Origin: a virus
Taxonomy: Duplodnaviria > Caudoviricetes
Reading direction: 5' to 3' (one strand)
IMG/VR virus record: IMGVR_UViG_3300025018_000289
Location: 1 to 38,177 of that record
Length of the DNA stretch: 38,177 bases
The position numbers and the translations under genes were made by a program. Shown in pieces: positions 17,234 through 24,078 of the stretch. Within the stretch, counting starts at the first letter, position 1. Each line of letters opens with the position of its first letter. Below the pieces are notes generated by a model that made no database searches, was not told the origin of the DNA, and saw only the letters and a list, made by a program, of their open reading frames with translations.

Positions 17234-18723
17234 CCGAGGCCGTAAAGATACGGGTTTGCGATCCCAGCCCGCTCTGACGCCACAAAAGAGTGGAACATCA
17301 CCGCCGTAGCGTCACAAGCGTCATCATGTGTACCGCTGGGGAACTGAGAGAACTGTTTCAGCCACTCTTTCACCAGCGGCCCATCAACAACATGCACAAT
17401 GCCGGAATCGAACGATGGTTCTAGTGGCGCCAGCTTCGCGCTCTTGTCACCCGGCAGTTGCGACTTGTGAACCGTGGAAACCCCTGGAAGTGCCTTCTTG
17501 AGCGTGGTGAAAGCATCCTTGTAAGCTCCAAAGGCCTCGACATGTTGGGCCACTGCTGCCCCGTCCCGTAATGCCGTACGCCTGATCAGTTCGTCTCGTT
17601 CTGGTGCCTCAGCCTGGCAAGCCACAAGATCAGAAACCCAGATATGATGCTTCCTCGCGATATCCCCTTGGATCCGGATGGTCTCAGTCTGCACATGCCC
17701 CCGGACGCCCCATGTCCAGTCAGGATCATCTTTGTCCCGCTCCTTCTTGCTGCTAGCCAAGTCCCAGCCCCTTGTTTCCCTCGCTTGTGGCCAGCCTTCT
17801 GTAGACGAGTGGATCACGACCATATCGATACGGAACCGGTTGCCACCCTCGGTGACTGGCTCACAGTCCAGCAGGGCAGAAGCCCAGTACCCCTGCGATG
17901 CATACATGGCCGCGTACCAAGCGTCCGAGTAGCGTTCAGGGAAGATGTAGTCGCCTGCCCATTGTCCGGTATCATCCAGAATCTTGGCAGGAAAGCTCAA
18001 GTGCTCGAACTGCGGAAAACCCACCTCTGTTTTCTCTGCCGTCTTAAGTCGAGCCCGCACGTCATCTACATGCCAGCTGGTGGCTACCAGCATCACGATA
18101 TGGACCGGCGCCAGCCTTGACAGTGCGTCCGTAAACCCTTCCCAGCGCGTCTTGCGGATCTTCTCGGATCGAGCTTCATCCTTGCCCGCAAAGAAGTCGT
18201 CAACAATCAAAATGCTCGCGCCCTTGCCTGTATAAGCGCCGCCCAGCCCCGTGAACGTGTTCTTCCCGTGGCTGCCGTCAACAGCCCAGGAACCTACTGA
18301 ATCCTGCCCATAGCCTGGCATCACTCCGGGAAAGAGCTCTTGGTACCTGGGCGATCGAATGATGCTCTTTACATCCCGAGAGAAGTCATTACTCAAGCTC
18401 GCCGCATAAGACAGCAGCATCACATCAGGCTGATATTCAGCAAGCGCTCCCTGAATGAAGGCTGGAGTTGCCCGGCTGGATAGATCGGACTTCCCGTGTC
18501 TGAACGCAACCTCGATGTCAAGGTACGTGCTGAGGCCCTGCTTGTAGCGCTCGATCGCACGGGTGATCGCAGCTGCTATCTTGGCTGTGTGGCTGCCGAT
18601 GGCTAAAGGCTGTGGCATCCACCAGACATGCTTCAGGAAATCAAGCAGATTGCTTCTTGCTTTCGCCCTCTTCTTTGCCAGCTTTAGGCGTTTGATCTTC
18701 AAGTCGTTTGAGCTCGGCATCAA
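17230..18723 (-). CDS. terL: Terminase large subunit
   Basis: Walker A-like AFRHGKS, TGKGASILIVDD Walker B, RGWDLASS and FPSGTHDDACDA nuclease motifs. Confidence 0.95.
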   Translation of the reverse strand: MMPSSNDLKIKRLKLAKKRAKARSNLLDFLKHVWWMPQPLAIGSHTAKIAAAITRAIERYKQGLSTYLDIEVAFRHGKSDLSSRATPAFIQGALAEYQPDVMLLSYAASLSNDFSRDVKSIIRSPRYQELFPGVMPGYGQDSVGSWAVDGSHGKNTFTGLGGAYTGKGASILIVDDFFAGKDEARSEKIRKTRWEGFTDALSRLAPVHIVMLVATSWHVDDVRARLKTAEKTEVGFPQFEHLSFPAKILDDTGQWAGDYIFPERYSDAWYAAMYASQGYWASALLDCEPVTEGGNRFRIDMVVIHSSTEGWPQARETRGWDLASSKKERDKDDPDWTWGVRGHVQTETIRIQGDIARKHHIWVSDLVACQAEAPERDELIRRTALRDGAAVAQHVEAFGAYKDAFTTLKKALPGVSTVHKSQLPGDKSAKLAPLEPSFDSGIVHVVDGPLVKEWLKQFSQFPSGTHDDACDATAVMFHSFVASERAGIANPYLYGLG

Positions 18724-19201
18724 TCTCCTCCTCAGTCATATCGTCAATGGCTCCGGTGTTCAGATTGCCATTCACGTTCAGATTGTCGGTGAATAGCGCC
18801 AGATGCCGCCCCAAGAGCTCGAGCGCCTTGATTCTGTCGTCAAACTCGATCCGGATCCCGTGTTGAGTCTGGGATATCTTCGAGATGCAGCGGCGGACCC
18901 GTTCGGGCAGCAGATCGGTGTCGGTCACATGCAGAACACCGTTACGGACCTGAAACACCTGAGATCTGTCGAGGTGAGCGATATCAGCCAGATCTTGGAT
19001 AACTTTGTCAGCTACCGCCTCGAACTTCTTGTAGCGTTTCTTCATCGCTTTCCTGATGGCATCACGGATCTCAGGCTTCTGCATACACTGCACGGACATC
19101 TTCGCCCAAGCCTTGTATCCGGCAAGCCTTGCAGCCTGGTGCTGGTTCAGGTCGATCAGGAAATGCTTTATGAAAAGCTGTTCTTTGGGTGTAAGCCTCA
19201 T
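18641..19201 (-). CDS. terS: Terminase small subunit; start at MRLTPKEQ (19201)
   Basis: LTPKEQLF...LIDLN..QAA..AGY and DRIKALELLGRHL.LF motifs. Confidence 0.92.
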   Translation of the reverse strand: MRLTPKEQLFIKHFLIDLNQHQAARLAGYKAWAKMSVQCMQKPEIRDAIRKAMKKRYKKFEAVADKVIQDLADIAHLDRSQVFQVRNGVLHVTDTDLLPERVRRCISKISQTQHGIRIEFDDRIKALELLGRHLALFTDNLNVNGNLNTGAIDDMTEEEIDAELKRLEDQTPKAGKEEGESKKQSA

Positions 19202-19221
19202 GTGAATGGCCGAGACATCAA
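19202..19221 (-). promoter_or_regulatory. Putative late promoter motif, copy 7 (TTGA-TGTCTC-GGCCAT-TCAC-ATG)
   Basis: Abuts the terS ATG and overlaps the recombinase stop codon. Confidence 0.7.
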
Positions 19222-20753
19222 GCAGCCGCAAGCAGCTTCGAAACGGCACGAGCCTCAGAAATGAAGCAAATCAATGTGGTTCGAAGATTTTGAGGTGGTA
19301 CCCCGGAGATTTGCTGGTTCGAATCGGTCATCTGAGCCAAGTGGGCTATAAGGCCGCTGTCTGCGCGAGAGACCATGGCGCCATCCTTGGTGAGCGTGAT
19401 AGGGCCTCCGAATACGCCGTCAACAAACTTTCGGCGCTGGTCGGCGGCCATACCCCAGAAGACCCGAGGCAGATCCGAGAAGAGCTTTTCAGCGAATCCG
19501 AGCGCGGCCTCAGCGTCAAGCTCGTCGATCTGCGAATCGTTTGCCTTGGTCCGCTCCACTGCGAGCTGCATCTCGAAATCGCTTGTTTTGCGCTTGTATG
19601 CCTCGACCGAGATCCCGCCGGACAAGTACAGGTCGAGCAGCTTCTCGATCTGCTGCTCAAGCTTCTGGACGTTAAGCCTTGCGCGTTCGGCGTTGACAAT
19701 GGCATCAGCCTGCAGATCGCGCCACACGTCGCAGACCATCAGCTTCAGGATTGGTAGCAGTTCCGCGCACTCGCGAGCGGAGGCGGCAAGATGCTCGTTA
19801 AACAGCTCCTCGACCGCATCCTGCCTTGCCCTGGTCCCGCACGAGCAGTGATAGTAGCTGTACTGTTTCTGCTTCCGGCCGATCGATGTCGACGCAGATA
19901 GAAGCTTCCCGCATTCGCACTGCAGCGCGCCGCGCAGAGGGTAGGAGTCGGTAGGAATGGACCTCTGAACCTTGCCATTGCCCGCTAGAACAGACTGAAC
20001 CTTCTGGAAGACCCCATCCGAGATTATCCCGTCGAACACAGCCCGCACAGGGCGATGATCGGTTAAACTACTCTTGACGATCCCGATGTACACCGGATTG
20101 CGCAGGATCTTATGCAGCGACTGCCGCCCGATCTTGCGCCCGAGTTGCCCGGAAAGCCATACGGCCGCCGCGCCGGTTGTTGTGTCGCCCTCAGCAACCT
20201 TGCTGAAAAGCCGCCGAACGATAAGGGCCTGATCCGGACAAGGCTCCAGCGCTGCCAGCCCCTTAACCTTGGCCGTCCTGTACCCGATCGGAGGCGTAGT
20301 GGTCCATCCGCCGGCTGCGGCCACTGCCCGCATGCCTGATTTCGTGCGCTCAGCCCGCACATCGTTGTCGAACTGCGCTATCCCGGCCAGCATCGTGGTA
20401 AGTAACTTGCCTGCAGGGGAGTCGCTCAGCGGCTCGGTTACGCTCTTAACCTCGACGCCCGCCTTGGCCAGTACGGCCTGAAATACCGCGTGATCGTAGG
20501 AGTTGCGCGCGAATCGATCGAGCTTCCAGACCACCGCAGCGTCTACCGGGTTGGCGTTGCAGTATGCCACCATAGCCTGAAACTGAGGCCGATCCGCTGT
20601 CTTGGCTGATTCGCCTTTGTCGACGAAGACAGCCGCCACGCGATGACCCTCACGCTCACAGAACTGGCGACAATCACGCTCCTGCTGGTCTAAGCTGGTT
20701 CCCTGAACCTGCTCAAGACTGGAGACGCGGCAATATATCACTGCGCTTTTTAT
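19218..20753 (-). CDS. Large serine recombinase (integrase); probable non-canonical ATA start at 20753 (GTG at 20741 is the alternative)
   Basis: IYCRVSS catalytic Ser, DKGESAK..DRP, KLDRFARN, LRNPVYIG recombinase domain, C.CG...YY.C.C zinc ribbon, coiled coil. Confidence 0.92.
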   Translation of the reverse strand: MKSAVIYCRVSSLEQVQGTSLDQQERDCRQFCEREGHRVAAVFVDKGESAKTADRPQFQAMVAYCNANPVDAAVVWKLDRFARNSYDHAVFQAVLAKAGVEVKSVTEPLSDSPAGKLLTTMLAGIAQFDNDVRAERTKSGMRAVAAAGGWTTTPPIGYRTAKVKGLAALEPCPDQALIVRRLFSKVAEGDTTTGAAAVWLSGQLGRKIGRQSLHKILRNPVYIGIVKSSLTDHRPVRAVFDGIISDGVFQKVQSVLAGNGKVQRSIPTDSYPLRGALQCECGKLLSASTSIGRKQKQYSYYHCSCGTRARQDAVEELFNEHLAASARECAELLPILKLMVCDVWRDLQADAIVNAERARLNVQKLEQQIEKLLDLYLSGGISVEAYKRKTSDFEMQLAVERTKANDSQIDELDAEAALGFAEKLFSDLPRVFWGMAADQRRKFVDGVFGGPITLTKDGAMVSRADSGLIAHLAQMTDSNQQISGVPPQNLRTTLICFISEARAVSKLLAAA

Positions 20754-20765
20754 CTCTCACCTCCT

Positions 20766-20877
20766 GGACAAGGATTCTGGTCACAGAGTACAGCGAATCG
20801 ATGAACTGTTCAAGGGCAAAGTCCGACATGTGCGCGACCTTGTCCCCGAGCTCTTGTCGTGCTCGCTGTACTGTGAC
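20766..20877 (-). ncRNA. Structured 5' leader of the recombinase gene
   Basis: 15-bp stem 20780-20796/20863-20877 with a 2-nt bulge. Alternative 8-bp pairing 20766-73/20838-45 next to the RBS. Confidence 0.5.
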
Positions 20878-20895
20878 TGTTTTGGTCATATCAAG

Positions 20896-21231
20896 CTACT
20901 CACTCGCCTCCAGCTTAATCTTAAGCCGCTGACACATGGCTTTTGTGCTCACAACGGACCCGAGCTGGCACAACAGCCGATCAGCATAGCCGCGACTGAA
21001 CCACAGAATGAGTTCCCGCACCTCATGTGGGCTTGCATAGCCCTGCGTTTTCCGTGTGCTGTAGAGCCAATCATCGACAACTACTTGCCCGTCACGGATT
21101 AGCCCGGCCGCCTGCAGCATGTACACGTCTTCCACGGCCTGAGTCACAATGGCATAAGCCAGCCCGATCAGCGCGTAATCTGTGTCGATCTGTTTGACTG
21201 TTGTGTCGTTGAGCACTTGAGCCGTTATCAT
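20896..21231 (-). CDS. Conserved-looking phage helical protein (LAYAIVTQAVED motif); candidate late transcription regulator
   Basis: Motif resembles small phage proteins found at the end of early operons; function inferred from position only. Confidence 0.6.
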   Translation of the reverse strand: MITAQVLNDTTVKQIDTDYALIGLAYAIVTQAVEDVYMLQAAGLIRDGQVVVDDWLYSTRKTQGYASPHEVRELILWFSRGYADRLLCQLGSVVSTKAMCQRLKIKLEASE

Positions 21232-21267
21232 TCCCCGCCTCGCTGGATTGTGACGTTTTGCTTCATG

Positions 21268-21450
21268 CTATATTCTTCGACCCAACGCCATTACCTTCAA
21301 CGCCGGGCGTCTTGAGTGTTGACGCTGGATTAGTCGCCAATTTTTAGCGTTCTCATCGCGAAAAGAGGCGCGCTGGTTCCTCTCCTCTTTTTCTTCTGCG
21401 ACGCGTTTCAAGACACAGATCCGATCATCGTATGTTGTTGCTGTGTCCAT
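21268..21450 (-). CDS. Hypothetical protein, 60 aa
   Basis: GAGGTG RBS upstream of the ATG. Confidence 0.55.
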   Translation of the reverse strand: MDTATTYDDRICVLKRVAEEKEERNQRASFRDENAKNWRLIQRQHSRRPALKVMALGRRI

Positions 21451-21474
21451 CTCGTCACCTCGCGTTATAGTGTT

Positions 21475-21617
21475 AAAAAATTACCCAGGAGCGGTCTATT
21501 ACCGATCGCCTGGGCTCGACCGTTGAAAGGAGCGGAGCACGTTGCTCCACATCCGCACACACGACGCTGATCCGCATAGACCGCATGGCGGATCGAGCGC
21601 CAGAGCAAGCTGTGTGC
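21475..21617 (-). ncRNA. Attenuator-like structured RNA ending in an intrinsic terminator
   Basis: Hairpin GCACACA/TGTGTGC enclosing GATCCGC/GCGGATC, hairpin GGAGC/GCTCC, terminator CCCAGG/CCTGGG plus U6. 9-nt complementarity between 21576-84 and 21491-99. Confidence 0.6.
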
Positions 21618-21628
21618 GCGTGAAATCA

Positions 21629-22585
21629 TTATTCAGACACGTGGATTACAGACACGCCATCGACCCCGTCAAGCGCTGCCTTGAGCAGAATTAAAGTCGC
21701 TTTGTCACGAACACCAACAGTGATCAGCTCGTCAGAACGAGAAACATAACCAACGACAAGATCGCGCTGCCTGCTGGGCGGGCATGGTCCACCATTTTGT
21801 GAAGGCCATTCGCATAAGGCGCACTGAACGGTGAGTCCAGCCTTACACAGCACGCGAACACTGATGCCCTCCTTGCACGGCGCGCTTATCTCGGGCTCAC
21901 TGGGCTCCTCCGCTACAGCCTCCGCAGCCTCGATCTTGTCCAGGAACACCTCACGCGGCTCCGATCCGTTAGGCGGCCCAATAATCCCTCGTTCATCGAG
22001 GATGTCCATCAGCCTAGCCGCCCGAGTGAACCCGATCCTGAGCCTACGCTGAAGCGCACTGGTTGAGGCTCTGTGCGTCTCCTTGACGATGGATACAGCC
22101 TGCTCGATGTCAGCCTCAGAGACGCCGTCTGGCTTCACCAGCTGCACTGTGACGGGCGCTGAGGGTAGGGCAGTGCCACTTGCTTGCGCCTTTGCTACCA
22201 GGTGCCCCGGTACCGCGTGCAGCTTCTTGACTTCTGATCGGGTCATGTCCGGCCTGATAATGCCCTGAGTGATGCCTCGCTCAAATTCGTCGTCATGCAG
22301 CTCACTGAGCTTGTACAGCGTGTACCAAGAGGGCGGCAAAAGCGAAGCATGCTTCGGGTCTGACAGCCTTGCATCGCCAGTAAGCGCCATCATCATCTGC
22401 GCTGTTCGGGGCGAGAAGGGCAGCTCGTTTGTGACCATCGCCGTGAATTCGCCATGCTTGAGCTTGTCTTTTGCCTCAGCGAGGATCCTGCCGGTCTCCA
22501 TGATCGCTTCGACGCTTTGCCGAAACGTTGTCCGGATCCGTTCGGCGTACTCGGACCCCCGTGTTGCTGTCAATTCAGTCGTCAT
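21629..22585 (-). CDS. DUF3102-like domain fused to an FtsK gamma (winged-helix) domain; start at MTTELT
   Basis: GRILAEAK..L.HGEF......F S.RTAQ..M (DUF3102-like). ASTSALQRRLRIGFTRAARLMD.L...GIIGP.NGSEPREV (FtsK gamma). AGGAGG RBS. Confidence 0.85.
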   Translation of the reverse strand: MTTELTATRGSEYAERIRTTFRQSVEAIMETGRILAEAKDKLKHGEFTAMVTNELPFSPRTAQMMMALTGDARLSDPKHASLLPPSWYTLYKLSELHDDEFERGITQGIIRPDMTRSEVKKLHAVPGHLVAKAQASGTALPSAPVTVQLVKPDGVSEADIEQAVSIVKETHRASTSALQRRLRIGFTRAARLMDILDERGIIGPPNGSEPREVFLDKIEAAEAVAEEPSEPEISAPCKEGISVRVLCKAGLTVQCALCEWPSQNGGPCPPSRQRDLVVGYVSRSDELITVGVRDKATLILLKAALDGVDGVSVIHVSE

Positions 22586-23009
22586 TCTTGTTGCCTCCTG
22601 TTGTTCGCATTTGTATGACCTCACCCAGCACTGGAAACCGTTTCAGTGCCTTCTTGAGCCTGCTGTGTACCGCCTGAACTGTGATCTTGTGCCTACTGGC
22701 AACCACGTTCAGCGGCTTATCAGGCTGTGAAAATCTAAAAGCAACGATGTCCCTGGTAATGGCTGGCAGACTCATGAACTGATCAATGAACCCAGCCAGC
22801 TTCTCGATCCGGGAGTCCATCAGGGCCATTTCTTGAGGTTGCATGGCCTCCTCAGCTTCGACCGCCTCAGACCAGTCACGGCTGACATGAGACTTGCCTT
22901 TGTGCGAGGGATCGTCTGAGAGCTTGCATGTCGAGCATGGCGTCTCTTCCCATGGCAGCCCTGTCAGGGCCGGATCCATGTTGTGTTTGCAGGCGTGACA
23001 ATCAGGCAT
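22575..23009 (-). CDS. Zn-finger plus sigma70 region-4-like HTH transcription regulator
   Basis: CxxC...CxxC N-terminus; SLPAITRDIV.FRF.....L..VA......VQAVHSRLKKALKR C-terminus. Confidence 0.7.
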   Translation of the reverse strand: MPDCHACKHNMDPALTGLPWEETPCSTCKLSDDPSHKGKSHVSRDWSEAVEAEEAMQPQEMALMDSRIEKLAGFIDQFMSLPAITRDIVAFRFSQPDKPLNVVASRHKITVQAVHSRLKKALKRFPVLGEVIQMRTTGGNKNDD

Positions 23010-23018
23010 ATTTTACTC

Positions 23019-23798
23019 CTACTGGTTAGTTTTAGTGAGTTTCTCCGCGTTCCATCGAGATTCGACCATTGCGGCCACGGCCCTTCCGTCGTATGCGAGC
23101 GGCCTCCAAACCGGAGAGTCGCCGATATGCGGGATGTGGATCAGCGCGATCTCAACCGGTTCACCAGCTGAGGGATAACCGCTGTACTCCGGATCCGTCA
23201 GCATCCAGGCATAGGTCGAAAGCTGCAGCTGGTAATGAGCCTGCTTGCTGTCCGGAATGTATTTGATCGGGGGCAGTGCCCACCGGCCGTAAGAATCGTT
23301 GGTGATATCTTCGCACGTTTTCCAGTCCAGCACCGCGAGCGCACCACTTACCCGGTTCCGGGCGACCAGATCGATCATGCCGGCGATCTCGAACAGCGGA
23401 TCGAATACGACCTGTTCGGCGGCAAGGAACTCGTATTGAGCCGATAGGGCGCTCACAGCACGATCTATGATCGCGAATGCGCGTTTCTCCTTGTCCGATA
23501 CAGGGTGAGGGGGCGTTTGCCCGTTTACGAGCGCCTCAGCGTAATTGTGCACGTGCGTGCCATAATCACCCGCGAGGGTTGCCTTCTGGCGCCACTCAGC
23601 AATGATGTCCATTTCGAGGCGTCCCGTTCGAGCGGCAATTCTCGAAGCGGCGGCGATATCGTCGAAGGGCGGAAAGAACGCCTTGACGAACGTTGTCACG
23701 GACGTGTATCGAACGCCGGTATTATCCCGGTACGTGTGATCGGATTCGTTGAAGGTTATCGATAGCGGCAAAGAGGGGTGATCGACGGTTTTGATCAT
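23019..23798 (-). CDS. PD-(D/E)XK exonuclease (RecB/Cas4-like superfamily); start at MIKTVD
   Basis: SVTT, GTHVH..AE, IAGMIDL, LDWKT and Y.LQLS.Y motifs. Confidence 0.88.
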   Translation of the reverse strand: MIKTVDHPSLPLSITFNESDHTYRDNTGVRYTSVTTFVKAFFPPFDDIAAASRIAARTGRLEMDIIAEWRQKATLAGDYGTHVHNYAEALVNGQTPPHPVSDKEKRAFAIIDRAVSALSAQYEFLAAEQVVFDPLFEIAGMIDLVARNRVSGALAVLDWKTCEDITNDSYGRWALPPIKYIPDSKQAHYQLQLSTYAWMLTDPEYSGYPSAGEPVEIALIHIPHIGDSPVWRPLAYDGRAVAAMVESRWNAEKLTKTNQ

Positions 23799-23835
23799 GA
23801 TCCCACCTCGATGTTGCGAAAACCGACAAAAACAC

Positions 23836-24076
23836 TGCTCCAACCTGCTCCATACTGCTCCAAGGCATTTTCTATAGAGGCTGGGCTAATGTGCGCGCGC
23901 GCACGCGCTATCCCTGCTCTATAGGCTACAGCTATGGAGCACCTTGGAGCAGTTGGAGCAAAACGACAAAAAAACGACAAAGAATTATTTTGACCCCCTT
24001 GGAGCACCTTGGAGCAAAAATAAAACTCAAAAGATTTTTTGAAGTGTTCGGAAAACCCTTGGAGCACCTTGGAGCA
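23836..24076. repeat. Putative replication origin with ten TGGAGCA iterons (3 in one orientation, 7 in the other) and A-tracts
   Basis: TGCTCCA at 23836, 23846, 23856. TGGAGCA at 23935, 23945, 23954, 24000, 24010, 24060, 24070. Lies directly downstream of the primase-helicase. Confidence 0.8.
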
Positions 24077-24078
24077 AA

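Noticed and set aside
19277-19330. tRNA gene suggested by GGTTCGAATC
   Set aside because: No cloverleaf can be built and it lies within the recombinase CDS. Kept only as a possible att-site feature.
23836-24076. Repeat cluster as a CRISPR or mini-array, given the adjacent Cas4-like nuclease
   Set aside because: The repeats are 7-mers in both orientations with no regular unique spacers. They fit origin iterons.
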